In this document: positions 26,277 through 36,237 of the stretch, one piece after another | Numbering within the stretch: the first letter of the stretch is position 1 | Layout: each line of letters opens with the position of its first letter | Assembly (NCBI GenBank): GCA_017504245.1 | Contig: JAFVRQ010000083.1 | Location: 6,590 to 70,589 of the forward strand | Length of the DNA stretch: 64,000 nt | Source: Clostridia bacterium | GTDB lineage: Bacteria; Bacillota; Clostridia; Oscillospirales; CAG-272 | Direction of reading: 5' to 3' | Position numbers and translations under genes: made by a program | The notes under the pieces: model-generated | Told to the model about the DNA's origin: nothing | Seen by the model: the letters and a program-made list of their open reading frames with translations, nothing else | Databases searched by the model: none

Positions 26277-27365
26277 ATGCAACAAAGCTGTTATGATATT
26301 GCCATTATTGGTGCGGGACCTGCGGGAACTGTTTTTGCAAAAGAAATAGCGAATTTACGCCCCGAACTAAAAATTATACTTATCGACGGTCAATCCTCCG
26401 AGAAATCAAAGCCCTGCGGCGGACTTTTAGCGCCCGATGCTCAGAAGCTCCTTGCGCGATTTGACCTTGTTCTCCCAAAAACTATTCTTGAAGATCCTCA
26501 AATTTTTGCAGTAGAAACTATTGATATTGAAAAACGTTTGGTGCGCTATTATCAAAGACATTATCTCAATATGGATAGATATGCTTTTGACAGTTGGCTT
26601 CTTTCTCTCGTTCCAAAGCACGTTGAAATTCAACGTGGAAAATGCATAAAAATAGAAAAAACGGAAGGTAATTATATGCTTTCCCTCAAAAACGAAGAAG
26701 ATACTCTTTGCGTGAATGCAAAATTTATTGTCGGAGCAGACGGCGGTAACTCTATCGCAAGACGAACGTTTTTCACTCCGATGAAAGTGCAATACGTTGC
26801 CATTCAGCAATGGTTTAAAAATAAAGGTCAAAGATTGCCCTATTATTCTTGCATATTTGATGCCAAAACAAGTGATAGCTGCTCTTGGACAATACATAAG
26901 GGAAGCTACGTTTTATTTGGCGGCGCCTTTGAAAAGAAAGGGTGCCGCGCAGCATTTGATTTGCAAAAATCAAGACTTGAGAATTTTCTCGGAAATTCCT
27001 TCGGTGATCCTATCAAAACAGAGGCGTGTCTTGTTTCAAGTCCACGCGGTATGAAGGACTTTTGCACGGGTAATAAAGATATTTTTCTTATTGGCGAAGC
27101 CGCAGGATTTATCAGCGCAAGCTCGTTTGAAGGGATTAGCAGTGCGATGCTGAGCGGAAAGCTTCTTGCCGATGCTTTTGCCAACAACTCCAACCGTGAC
27201 ATTCAAAAAGTCTATAGAAAGAATACGCGCACTTTAAGATTAAAGCTCTATACCAAATCAATAAAACGAGCTATTCTTTGCAATCCGTTGACAAGAGGAA
27301 TGATTATGAGAAGCGGAATACAAAGCATAACTCCTTACGTTAAAAACCACAACCACAAATCATAG
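26277..27365 (+). CDS. FAD-dependent oxidoreductase (geranylgeranyl-reductase-like family)
   Basis: N-terminal dinucleotide fold DIAIIGAGPAGT, GADGGNSIAR, and GEAAGFISASSFEGI. Confidence 0.75.
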   Translation: MQQSCYDIAIIGAGPAGTVFAKEIANLRPELKIILIDGQSSEKSKPCGGLLAPDAQKLLARFDLVLPKTILEDPQIFAVETIDIEKRLVRYYQRHYLNMDRYAFDSWLLSLVPKHVEIQRGKCIKIEKTEGNYMLSLKNEEDTLCVNAKFIVGADGGNSIARRTFFTPMKVQYVAIQQWFKNKGQRLPYYSCIFDAKTSDSCSWTIHKGSYVLFGGAFEKKGCRAAFDLQKSRLENFLGNSFGDPIKTEACLVSSPRGMKDFCTGNKDIFLIGEAAGFISASSFEGISSAMLSGKLLADAFANNSNRDIQKVYRKNTRTLRLKLYTKSIKRAILCNPLTRGMIMRSGIQSITPYVKNHNHKS

Positions 27366-27376
27366 AGGAAACAACA

Positions 27377-28231
27377 ATGAATCATTTTTCTTATTCCTAT
27401 GAAGATATAAAAAAATTGCTCCCCGAAAGAGATGAAAATTCAAACAAGGGTAGCTGCGGACGAGTACTTATCATAGGCGGCTCGACCTGTATGGCAGGCG
27501 CGCCCTATTTCAGCGCAAGGGCAGCATATCGAACGGGCTGCGGACTTGTTGAAGTCTTCACGCACGAGGACAACAGAGTAATTTTGCAAACGCTTATACC
27601 CGAAGCGGTTATGTCCGTTTGGAATGAAAAAATCGACTTTGAAAAGCTTGAAAATTCAATAAAAAAAGCTGATGCAATAGCCATCGGTATGGGTCTTTCA
27701 ACAAGCGATAACGCGCTTGAAATTTTGAAATTCACGCTCCAAAAACGCACCTGCCCGATAGTAATAGACGCGGACGCGCTCAATCTTTTGGCGCAAAACA
27801 AGGAATTATTCAAAGAAATAAGCAAAAACGCAATCATCACTCCACACCCGCTGGAAATGTCAAGAATTTCGGGTGCTGACACAAAAGAAATAACTGCAAA
27901 TATCCCCGAAAGCGCTCAAAATTTCGCAAATGAAAATGATCTTATTTGCGTTCTCAAGGATCATCGCACCGCAGTTGCAAAGCCGCATTCCGATGATATT
28001 TACATCAACCAAAGCGGCAATAGCGGAATGAGTACAGGTGGCTCCGGTGACGTGCTTGACGGCATAATCGCAGGACTTTTGGCGCAGGGCTGTGAGCCCT
28101 ATATTGCGGCAACTCTCGGTGTCTATATCCACGGCATCGCAGGTGATATTGCAAGTGAAATCCTCTCGCAGTATTCCCTTATGGCAAGTGATATAATCGA
28201 CGCCCTTCCCGAAGTCTTTAATAGCTTGTAA
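27377..28231 (+). CDS. nnrD: ADP-dependent NAD(P)H-hydrate dehydratase
   Basis: YjeF C-terminal-type carbohydrate kinase fold: KGSCGRVLIIGG, DADALN, GGSGDVLDGIIAGLLAQG. Confidence 0.9.
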   Translation: MNHFSYSYEDIKKLLPERDENSNKGSCGRVLIIGGSTCMAGAPYFSARAAYRTGCGLVEVFTHEDNRVILQTLIPEAVMSVWNEKIDFEKLENSIKKADAIAIGMGLSTSDNALEILKFTLQKRTCPIVIDADALNLLAQNKELFKEISKNAIITPHPLEMSRISGADTKEITANIPESAQNFANENDLICVLKDHRTAVAKPHSDDIYINQSGNSGMSTGGSGDVLDGIIAGLLAQGCEPYIAATLGVYIHGIAGDIASEILSQYSLMASDIIDALPEVFNSL

Positions 28232-28235
28232 AACT

Positions 28236-28266
28236 AAAGCTCCCAACAAAAACGGGAGCTTTTTTG
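28236..28266 (+). terminator. intrinsic terminator after nnrD
   Basis: Stem AAAGCTCCC 28236-28244 / GGGAGCTTT 28254-28262, then a T-run. Confidence 0.75.
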
Positions 28267-28298
28267 ATGCTTTCAAATTTTGATTTATTGAGCTGTTA

Positions 28299-28532
28299 GC
28301 GATTGCAAAAATGCCTCCCTTGTGTAAAGGGAGGTGCCGTAGGCGGAGGGATTGTAATCCTAATAAAATCAACAATCCCCCACCCGCTAAAGCGGGACAC
28401 TACGTGCCAACCCCTTTTGTCTGCTTTGCAGACATTTCCCCACACTGTGGAAATCACCCTGTACACAAAGGGGCATTTATCGTATGCCATCCTCTCCCCC
28501 ATAAATCCCAATTTACAAACTAATTGCATCGC
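28299..28532. other. G+C-rich hairpin-dense non-coding element (candidate structured RNA or repeat-family copy)
   Basis: Closing helix 28299-28307/28525-28532 and at least five internal helices. Open in several frames without RBS. Flanked by terminators on both sides. Confidence 0.45.
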
Positions 28533-28537
28533 AATTT

Positions 28538-28571
28538 AAAACCCGACGAAAAAAATCGTCGGGTTGTTTTT
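28538..28571. terminator. bidirectional intrinsic terminator
   Basis: Stem ACCCGACGA 28541-28549 / TCGTCGGGT 28557-28565, A-run before and T-run after. Confidence 0.85.
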
Positions 28572-28574
28572 GTA

Positions 28575-29384
28575 TTATTGCAAGGGATCGATATAGTAAA
28601 TTACGTATCCCTCTCGCATCTTCGTATTGCTATAATCGTGATCATAATAGACATAATGTACAAACATACATTTACCTTCTTTAAGTTCATCAAGCATAAT
28701 CAATTGGTTATCAGAAGTGAGTTGCAGAACACGGAGTATCAATCCCTCTCTATAGAGTTCATCGTATTCTCTATTATTATATAAAAAATCAGCATATATT
28801 CTAGCACCGCTAGAATGTAATTCTATATTTCCCTTTTGCAACATATTATCTTCACTTCTTAAATTTGAAATGAATCGTTCATAATCCTCTTCATATTCTT
28901 TTTCAGTGAGGGTGTCCTCATCATATCCAACGCAAAAGCTGTATACCATACCTCTAAACTCAAATGTCATATATGCATGAAAAGGATTAATGTCTCTAGG
29001 ATCTAAACCATGAGTAGCCGCATTTCCGTTTTCAGTTTTTTCGCCATTTTCAAAAGTAATTGTAAAAAAAGTTCTATAATCAGTATGATAATCAACCTCA
29101 TATATTCCAATAAGTTCTTCATCTGAGTCCAATGGTTTAAAAATCACCTTGTTATTCCATTTGATATCTAAATATGTCATTCCTTGATGCACAGCAAGTG
29201 GATGTGTTTCAGTACGGTAATGACTTCTAGAAATGCGCGCAGAATTACCATTGATAAATGTTATTTCACCTGTCACACTCGTAATATTCCACTTAAATAA
29301 ACTTGGGTAACAAGGACAAGAACATAAAAGTAATGAAATAGCCATAACTAGTGAAATTAGCAACAATATTTTAATTTTTCTCAT
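28575..29384 (-). CDS. lipoprotein of unknown function
   Basis: MRKIKILLLISLVMAISLLLCSC signal/lipobox, 269 aa. Lies in an AT-rich stretch with its own strong promoter. Confidence 0.65.
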   Translation of the reverse strand: MRKIKILLLISLVMAISLLLCSCPCYPSLFKWNITSVTGEITFINGNSARISRSHYRTETHPLAVHQGMTYLDIKWNNKVIFKPLDSDEELIGIYEVDYHTDYRTFFTITFENGEKTENGNAATHGLDPRDINPFHAYMTFEFRGMVYSFCVGYDEDTLTEKEYEEDYERFISNLRSEDNMLQKGNIELHSSGARIYADFLYNNREYDELYREGLILRVLQLTSDNQLIMLDELKEGKCMFVHYVYYDHDYSNTKMREGYVIYYIDPLQ

Positions 29385-29414
29385 AATTCAATCTCCTTTA
29401 ATCTCCTTTGGTTT

Positions 29415-29443
29415 ATTCTATCACATATGGATATATTTGTCAA
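29415..29443 (-). promoter_or_regulatory. sigmaA-type promoter with extended -10
   Basis: Minus strand: TTGACA (29443-29438), 17-nt spacer, TGaTAGAAT (29423-29415). AAAGGAGAT RBS downstream. Confidence 0.7.
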
Positions 29444-29510
29444 CATATCCCCTTCATATATAAGACCATCGAAAAAAGCAAATCTTACAAACTTTTCAAA
29501 ATAAAATATA

Positions 29511-29536
29511 GTGATTTACCTTTCAAAGCAAATCAC
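29511..29536 (-). terminator. terminator-like hairpin after the clpE-like gene
   Basis: Stem GTGATTT 29511-29517 / AAATCAC 29530-29536. T-rich on the minus strand after the stem. Confidence 0.5.
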
Positions 29537-29545
29537 TATTTAAAA

Positions 29546-31849
29546 TTACATACAAGTAACTACAATTTCTCCGCCACTGATATTCAAATGCACCCTTGAA
29601 ATCGTGCGGTTATAGTCGGCAATCACCTTTTCGGCAATCGCATCCTCGATATGAGTCTGAATAAATCTTCTCATATTTCTTGCGCCGAATTTTGCGGAAT
29701 ATGACTTTTCGCCAACGTATTTAAGGAGCGCAGGTGTATATGAAAGCTCAATTCCCTTCTCCGCAAGAGCGGTTTTGAGCTCTCCAAGCATAATTTCTGC
29801 AATCCTTTCAAAATTCTCTTCCGTAAGGGCATTGAACGTTATTATTTCGTCAACACGGTTGATAAACTCGGGACGAAGGAAGCCCTCAAGCGCCTTCATA
29901 GTGCGCGCCTCCTCGGCAGAAAGATTATCCGCCGTAGCAAATCCCGCTCTACCAGAAGAATTGGTTGAGCCCGCATTCGTTGTCATAACAAGAATCGTGT
30001 TTTCAAAATTTATCGTTCTTCCCTGCGCGTCGGTCACCCTGCCATCGTCAAGAATCTGCAAAAGCACGTTTAGAACGTCGGGATGCGCCTTTTCGATCTC
30101 GTCAAAAAGGATAACGGAATAGGGTCTTCTTCTGATCTTTTCGGTAAGCTGACCCGCCTCGTCATAGCCAACGTATCCGGGAGGTGCTCCGATGATTTTA
30201 GAAACGGAATGCTTCTCCATAAATTCACTCATATCAAGGCGAATAAGGGTTTCGGGAGAATGGAACAGGTCGTTTGCAAGCTGTTTAACAAGCTCGGTTT
30301 TACCCACACCAGTAGGACCTGCAAAAATGAACGAAACGGGCTTCCTCTTATAAGAAATACCTGCTCTGTTTCTCTTTATCGCGCGGCAAATCGAATTCAC
30401 CGCCTTATCCTGACCGATAATGTGAGTTTTTAATCTTTCCTCAAGCTTATCAATCTGCTCGTATTCGTTTGCGCTTACGGTCAAAGCAGGAACACCCGTC
30501 CAAACCTCAACAACGTCCGCAAGCTCGTCGGTTGTGAGAATAATGCTCTCGCATTCGCCCTCAAGCTGCTTCAATTCGTCGGCAAGCTTGATTTCTCTTG
30601 ACTTTAGCTTCGCGATTCTTTCATAAGCATCCGCATTGTCGGGGGAGTCGGGAGGAGTAGCTTCAAGCACCTCTCTGTCCTTCTTAATAGCCAAAAGCTG
30701 CTCTCTTATCTCAATGCTCTTGTTAAGAGATGCAGAGTTGAGCGAAAGATTAGCCGCCGCCTCGTCGAGAAGGTCAATCGCCTTGTCGGGCAAATATCTA
30801 TCCGTGATATATCTTTCGGAAAGCACAACCGCGCTCCTCAAAATATCATCGGGTATTTTTATTTGATGGAATGCTTCGTAATAATGCTTAATTCCTTTAA
30901 GCATTTCAAGAGTTTCCTCAATCGAGGGCTCCTCAACCTTAACGGGTTGGAATCTTCTTTCAAGCGCGGAATCCTTTTCGATATATTTTCTGTATTCTGT
31001 GAGCGTTGTAGCGCCGATAACCTGAATTTCGCCGCGTGAGAGCGCGGGCTTCAGCATATTAGCCGTGCTAACGCTTCCCTCACTGTTACCTGCGCCAACG
31101 ATATTATGCACCTCGTCTATAACGAGAATAATATTGCCGGCATCCTTAACCTCCTTAAGAAGTCCTAAAAGACGGCTTTCATACTGCCCTCTGAATTGCG
31201 TGCCTGCCACAAGAGCGGTAAGGTCAAGAAGATGCAATTCCTTATTTCTCAACTTATAAGGCACGTCACCGCGAACGATCTTCTGGGCAAGCGCCTCCGC
31301 AATAGCCGTCTTACCAACACCGGGCTCACCGATAAGGCAGGGGTTGTTCTTTTGACGGCGCGAAAGAATTTGAATAACTCGCGCCAATTCCTTCTCTCTG
31401 CCAACTATCGAGTCAAGCTTGCCCGAAATCGCCTCGGCATTAAGATTCTTGCAATAAGAATCAAGGAATTTTCTGCTCTTTTCTTTTTTCTTTTCGTCGG
31501 CATTTGACCTTCCCTTTTCAACGTTAGGAGAATTTGCGGGTTTTCCGCCGAAAAGCTTCTGAAGATCAATAGCGGGAGTTGTCGCCTCGTCATCGCTTGA
31601 ATCGTCATCCATAATCGCAGGAAGATTTCCACCCTCCTCCATCATTTTCGCCATATCGTCCTCCATACCCACAAGCTCCTCGGACGAAATGCCAAGCTTA
31701 TTCATCATATCTCCAAGCATATTATCGAGAGGAAGTCCGAGCTCCTTAGCGCAGGTAATGCAAACGCCCTCGTTCTTCTTTTCGCCATTTTCAAGCTTGG
31801 TGATAAAAACGACTGCCATTCTTTTATGGCATCTTGAACACATTAACAT
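29546..31849 (-). CDS. Clp/Hsp100 AAA+ ATPase with N-terminal zinc-ribbon (ClpE-like)
   Basis: N-terminal CSRC...CITC, acidic linker, two AAA modules (GEPGVGKTA and GPTGVGKTE Walker A), no Clp_N repeats. Confidence 0.85.
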   Translation of the reverse strand: MLMCSRCHKRMAVVFITKLENGEKKNEGVCITCAKELGLPLDNMLGDMMNKLGISSEELVGMEDDMAKMMEEGGNLPAIMDDDSSDDEATTPAIDLQKLFGGKPANSPNVEKGRSNADEKKKEKSRKFLDSYCKNLNAEAISGKLDSIVGREKELARVIQILSRRQKNNPCLIGEPGVGKTAIAEALAQKIVRGDVPYKLRNKELHLLDLTALVAGTQFRGQYESRLLGLLKEVKDAGNIILVIDEVHNIVGAGNSEGSVSTANMLKPALSRGEIQVIGATTLTEYRKYIEKDSALERRFQPVKVEEPSIEETLEMLKGIKHYYEAFHQIKIPDDILRSAVVLSERYITDRYLPDKAIDLLDEAAANLSLNSASLNKSIEIREQLLAIKKDREVLEATPPDSPDNADAYERIAKLKSREIKLADELKQLEGECESIILTTDELADVVEVWTGVPALTVSANEYEQIDKLEERLKTHIIGQDKAVNSICRAIKRNRAGISYKRKPVSFIFAGPTGVGKTELVKQLANDLFHSPETLIRLDMSEFMEKHSVSKIIGAPPGYVGYDEAGQLTEKIRRRPYSVILFDEIEKAHPDVLNVLLQILDDGRVTDAQGRTINFENTILVMTTNAGSTNSSGRAGFATADNLSAEEARTMKALEGFLRPEFINRVDEIITFNALTEENFERIAEIMLGELKTALAEKGIELSYTPALLKYVGEKSYSAKFGARNMRRFIQTHIEDAIAEKVIADYNRTISRVHLNISGGEIVVTCM

Positions 31850-31867
31850 ATAAATACCTCCTCGGTA

Positions 31868-32560
31868 TCAGAAAGTAAACAAACCTATTTTATAAATTAT
31901 TCTTGCAACAACCGTGCTTTCTATAAAAGCATTTCCAAAAATCAACGCTACGATACAAACAACAAGACTGGTTACAAGGTATGCATTGGCAACGCCCCAA
32001 AGAACTCCCGCAGCGTGATTGAGCCAACCGAGAACGGGAAGCTCCCATATATTCTCAATAATGATGATTGCTATCGTACAAACAATAAACGAAATAACAA
32101 ACGCCAAAATATAACCGATTACATTAGCAACCACATTAATTGCAACATTCTCAATTTTTGTTCCGACTTGATTTGCAATTTCAACCTTGTTGCCTGAAAG
32201 CGTATTAAAATATTCTTCTATTTCATCCATAGGAACGACCTTTTCAGCAATAGCCGGAACGCCCTCGGTAAGCGCTTCAAAGGTAAGCTCACCGTCGATT
32301 TTTTCAACCTTTTGAACAAGCGCGCCGCTCACCTTACCCTCAAACCAGCCCTCAACGAACCAATTTGCACATAAAGAAGCAACCAAAGAGCCAATAAGTA
32401 TAGTCACCAAAATTACAAAAAAGATTTTCGTGCTTTTGAAAAAGGATTTAACGAATCCTCTTTTAACACCGAGAAATACCAAAAGAGCAACGAGTGCCAC
32501 AACAACAACGTCAACGATAATTTTTAAAAGTCCCATAATGTCCTCCAAGTTATTTTTCAA
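31868..32560 (-). CDS. cvpA: CvpA-family membrane protein
   Basis: Multi-TM. N-terminus DVVVVALVALLVFLGVKRGFVKSF and C-terminal LGWLNHAAGVLWGVANAYLV fit the CvpA pattern. Confidence 0.55.
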   Translation of the reverse strand: MKNNLEDIMGLLKIIVDVVVVALVALLVFLGVKRGFVKSFFKSTKIFFVILVTILIGSLVASLCANWFVEGWFEGKVSGALVQKVEKIDGELTFEALTEGVPAIAEKVVPMDEIEEYFNTLSGNKVEIANQVGTKIENVAINVVANVIGYILAFVISFIVCTIAIIIIENIWELPVLGWLNHAAGVLWGVANAYLVTSLVVCIVALIFGNAFIESTVVARIIYKIGLFTF

Positions 32561-33770
32561 AATTTAAATATTTAGCATAGGAATCGTCACAAACAATCAA
32601 CGTATTTTTATCACTTACTATCATTTTGTAGTTTGTTGCAACGACGTCAATTTTTTTCGACGTATTCAACGTCATATTTTTTTGTTCAAATCCGCCAAGG
32701 GTTTGAACGAACAAATAGTTTTCGCAAAGAGCAATATCTAAAATTCTATCGTCAAAAAGATAGCTTTTATCAATTTTTCCCCGCTTGTTAAGTATAACCA
32801 CCTCGGTTTTTCCACTCTCCCTTGAAAGATGAGAAAGCGCAATACTATCTTCTCCAAAATAATAGCGATATATTTCCTCATCCGTTGAATATTGATTTAA
32901 AAGACCGAGATTTGAATTAAATGCTTTAACTCCGTCAGCAGCGACCACCATAATATTGCCGCCATCAAGAATTTTCAAAGCGTATGGAATTCCCGAAAAC
33001 CCTGTGTCCGTGCTGGTGTAATCTTCCTTTCCAACGCGGTATAAACGAAGCTCGGTGCGATAATCATTACCCTCTGCAAATATAAGCAAAACCGCTAATT
33101 CAGTCCCCTTTTCGTTTAGAGAGGCTGAAACCACGCGCCCCTTTGAAAAGCTATAATCATATCTTGTACCGTTCACCTTATAAACGCTCACGACACTATC
33201 ATATCTCTCCGCTCGGGTAATCAAAGCAAACGTGCCGTTTTTTGAAATGCTCGCGCCGAAAATCGCATAATCAAGAGTTTCGCTTTTCACCTGTGAAAAG
33301 GAATTGTAAAGAGCAAACTGCTTACCGCCAACGTCATATAAAAGAACGTATTTGTCACTTGACGCAAGCGCGGGATTTCCCAAGCTGTGATTTGAGGTAA
33401 ATATCTCTCTGCCGCCTGCGGCAAACACCGAGAACCTCTCTCTGCTCGCAACCGCAAGACCCTCGCGGTACGTTGTAAAGCTCTGCGAATTACCCACGTT
33501 ATAGGTAATCGTATCGTGAACGGAATTGACGTAATCATTCGCAAGCTTTATATCCTTTGTCAGATAATAGAGCTTCTCGTAAGAAAGAGCCCCCGACAAA
33601 AGAAACGCAATAATCACCAAAATCAGTAAAACGCATAATATTCGCCCAAAATAAGCATATCTGTAGCTCGCCTTGGCAAGATAAATATCCGTTTTCCCAT
33701 CGTAATTCTTCTTAACGGAATTGGGATCGTACTTAAATTTCTCTATTAAATTTTCAAAATTCAACTGCAT
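32550..33770 (-). CDS. membrane-anchored protein of unknown function (one TM, large beta-rich ectodomain)
   Basis: 406 aa. TM helix ILCVLLILVIIAFLLSGAL. 11-nt overlap with the cvpA-like gene. Confidence 0.6.
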   Translation of the reverse strand: MQLNFENLIEKFKYDPNSVKKNYDGKTDIYLAKASYRYAYFGRILCVLLILVIIAFLLSGALSYEKLYYLTKDIKLANDYVNSVHDTITYNVGNSQSFTTYREGLAVASRERFSVFAAGGREIFTSNHSLGNPALASSDKYVLLYDVGGKQFALYNSFSQVKSETLDYAIFGASISKNGTFALITRAERYDSVVSVYKVNGTRYDYSFSKGRVVSASLNEKGTELAVLLIFAEGNDYRTELRLYRVGKEDYTSTDTGFSGIPYALKILDGGNIMVVAADGVKAFNSNLGLLNQYSTDEEIYRYYFGEDSIALSHLSRESGKTEVVILNKRGKIDKSYLFDDRILDIALCENYLFVQTLGGFEQKNMTLNTSKKIDVVATNYKMIVSDKNTLIVCDDSYAKYLNFEK

Positions 33771-33790
33771 TTTCCCTCTCCCTTCAAAAT

Positions 33791-34549
33791 TCAGTATTCT
33801 ACTCTGTTAAGATACAAGCCACACGCAGGCACGGTTGAGCCTGCTTTTTTTCTGCTTTTGCTCTCGGTAATTCTTTCGATATCCGAGGGCTCGATTTTTC
33901 CCTGCGCAACAAGGAGCAAGGTCCCCGTCATTATACGCACCATATTGTATAAAAATCCGTCTGCCGCCACCTTAAAGACGATAAAATCTCCCTCACGGTA
34001 AACGCTTGCGTATTTTACTTCGCGGTTTGTGTCAACTATCTTCGATCCCTGCGCCATATATGAGCAAAAATCGTGCCTTCCGCAGAAAAATTGCGCCGCC
34101 TCATTCATTCTTTGAACTATTTCATCGGAATAGCTCTGCTGAATATGGTAAGCCCTATCCGCATAAAACGGATTTTTTATAGGGTTATTCAAGATCTTGT
34201 AGATATATTCCTTATATTTTACATCGTATCTCGGATGAAATTCATTTTCAACCGTTTCCCCACACAAAACAGAAATATCATCGGGCAAAACGGAATTGAA
34301 CGCAAGGGGTATCTTATCCATTGGAATAGTGCATTCCAAATTATTTTCACCCTTTTTTGAAACACAAGCGAAAAACTCATTCGCGTGCACTCCGCTATCC
34401 GTCCTGCTGCAGCCGACCACGTCGCATTCAAAACCGAATATACGCCTTGCCGCCTCGTTCAGCTCCCTTTGAACCGTCGGCTTATCGGGTTGAACCTGAT
34501 ATCCGCAATAGTTCGTTCCAAGAAAGCTTATTTTAAGCAATAATTTCAT
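33791..34549 (-). CDS. truA: tRNA pseudouridine(38-40) synthase
   Basis: Catalytic motif CSRTDSGVHA. Follows ecfT as in other Firmicutes. Confidence 0.92.
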   Translation of the reverse strand: MKLLLKISFLGTNYCGYQVQPDKPTVQRELNEAARRIFGFECDVVGCSRTDSGVHANEFFACVSKKGENNLECTIPMDKIPLAFNSVLPDDISVLCGETVENEFHPRYDVKYKEYIYKILNNPIKNPFYADRAYHIQQSYSDEIVQRMNEAAQFFCGRHDFCSYMAQGSKIVDTNREVKYASVYREGDFIVFKVAADGFLYNMVRIMTGTLLLVAQGKIEPSDIERITESKSRKKAGSTVPACGLYLNRVEY

Positions 34550-34561
34550 TTTGCCACCTCG

Positions 34562-35383
34562 TTAAAAGGGCAAAAACGGACTTGCGAAAATGTTGATGCA
34601 AACAACCGCCGCGCCAAATCCGATTACCAACAAAAGCGCAAAAATATCACTTGCTCGGCATTTCAAAATTTTCATTCTCGTTCTGCCCTCTCCCCCGCGG
34701 TAGCAACGGCATTCCATAGCGGTTGCAAGGTCAAGCGCGTGGCGAATTGACGATGAGAAAAGAGGAATGAGAATGGGGATGAGCGCCTTCGCTCTTTGAA
34801 TGAGCGAGCCGTTAGTGAAATCCGCGCCCCTTGCCTTTTGAGCATTCATTATCTTTTCCGCTTCCTCCATAAGAGTGGGAATAAAACGAAGAGCAATGGT
34901 CATAATCATCGCAAAATCGTGAACGGGCAAGCCAATCCTTTTGAGTGGCGAAAGCAATCTTTCAATACCGTCGGTGAGTGCTATTGGGGTTGTGGTATAG
35001 GTCAAAAGGATGCTGCTTCCGATGATGAGCACAAAAATTCTCACCATAAGAAATAGCGCATTTATAACACCCTTATCATATACCTTGGCAAATCCGAGGT
35101 CGAGCCAGAGATTACCCTCAGTTGTCCAAAAAATATTAATAATTGCCGTGAAAGCAATAATGAACAGTATAGGCTTCACCGATTTGATAACTATTTTAAG
35201 CGGTATATTCGACAAAGCAACTATCACAATAGCCGAAACGAGCAAAAGTGCCATTGAAAGCAAGTTCGAGCACAAAAACACTATCACGATATAAAGAATT
35301 GCAAGAACAATCTTAATTCTTGGGTCAAGACTGTGTATTGGAGATTTTACAGCATAATACTGTCCAAGCGAAACACTTTTCAT
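34562..35383 (-). CDS. ecfT: ECF transporter transmembrane component
   Basis: 273-aa multi-TM protein with ARG...R coupling helices (AQKARGADF). Located after two EcfA genes. Confidence 0.88.
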   Translation of the reverse strand: MKSVSLGQYYAVKSPIHSLDPRIKIVLAILYIVIVFLCSNLLSMALLLVSAIVIVALSNIPLKIVIKSVKPILFIIAFTAIINIFWTTEGNLWLDLGFAKVYDKGVINALFLMVRIFVLIIGSSILLTYTTTPIALTDGIERLLSPLKRIGLPVHDFAMIMTIALRFIPTLMEEAEKIMNAQKARGADFTNGSLIQRAKALIPILIPLFSSSIRHALDLATAMECRCYRGGEGRTRMKILKCRASDIFALLLVIGFGAAVVCINIFASPFLPF

Positions 35384-36237
35384 CTTGCACCTCCAAATAA
35401 TCCTGCAATTTCATCAACTGCGGCTTCTTCTGTATAAATTCCGTTGTTAATCTTAATTCCGCGCGCGTTCAGTTCGTGCATAAGCAACGTAATCTGAGGA
35501 ACGGCGAGTCCAATTCTCTCAAGCATCTCGGACTCTGCAAACACCTCGTCTCGCGTGCCGTTGAGGACAACCTCACCGTGTGAAAGCACTATAATATCGT
35601 CGCAAAGACGAGCCATATCCTCCATACTGTGACTAACGATAATAACCGTCGCGCCCGTTTTTTCGCGGTATTTGAAAATACCGTCCAAAATCACGTCGCG
35701 TCCCTGTGGGTCAAGTCCTGCCGCGGGCTCGTCAAGAACGAGCACCTCGGGGCGCATCGCAATAACGCCCGCAATAGCAACTCTGCGCTTTTGTCCGCCC
35801 GAAAGGTCGAAGGGATTTTTTTGAAGCACGTCGGAAGAAAGCCCAACGAAATCAATAGCCTCATTAATTCTCTCGGCAATTTCAGCTTCGTTAAGTCCCA
35901 TATTCTTAGGTCCAAAGGCAATATCCTTTTCAACGGTTTCTTCAAAAAGCTGATATTCCGGATACTGCATAACGAGTCCAACGCGGAAACGAACCTTGCC
36001 TATCTCCTTCGGCTTTTCCCAAATGTCAACACCGTCAAGATACACCTTGCCCTCGCTTGGCGTTGCAAGACCGTTAAGAAGCTGAAGCATCGTACTTTTT
36101 CCGCTTCCCGTGTGACCGATAAGACCGGTTATCGAGCCCTCTTTAATCTCTATATTAACTTTTTTTAACGCTTCTTTGCAATATGCCGTCCCCTTGCCGT
36201 AAAAGAACGACACGTCCTGAAGTTTAATTTTTGCCAT
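35380..36237 (-). CDS. ecfA2: ECF transporter ATPase A2
   Basis: Walker A GHTGSGKST, signature LSGGQKRRVAIA, Walker B LVLDEP. ATG at 36237 preferred over the TTG at 36249. Confidence 0.9.
   Translation of the reverse strand: MAKIKLQDVSFFYGKGTAYCKEALKKVNIEIKEGSITGLIGHTGSGKSTMLQLLNGLATPSEGKVYLDGVDIWEKPKEIGKVRFRVGLVMQYPEYQLFEETVEKDIAFGPKNMGLNEAEIAERINEAIDFVGLSSDVLQKNPFDLSGGQKRRVAIAGVIAMRPEVLVLDEPAAGLDPQGRDVILDGIFKYREKTGATVIIVSHSMEDMARLCDDIIVLSHGEVVLNGTRDEVFAESEMLERIGLAVPQITLLMHELNARGIKINNGIYTEEAAVDEIAGLFGGAR

Noticed and set aside
28296-28539. Three overlapping 70-78-codon ORFs (two on the + strand, one on the - strand) across the 28.3-kb element
   Set aside because: They overlap each other in different frames and have no ribosome-binding sites. 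Their composition is Pro/Gly/Cys/His-rich and odd. They coincide with dense hairpins, which is best explained as stop-codon-poor non-coding DNA.
29546-31849. Clp ATPase with N-terminal zinc ribbon and acidic linker, considered as a novel architecture
   Set aside because: The CxxC...CxxC N-terminus without Clp_N repeats matches the known ClpE-type organisation of Firmicutes. It is ordinary.
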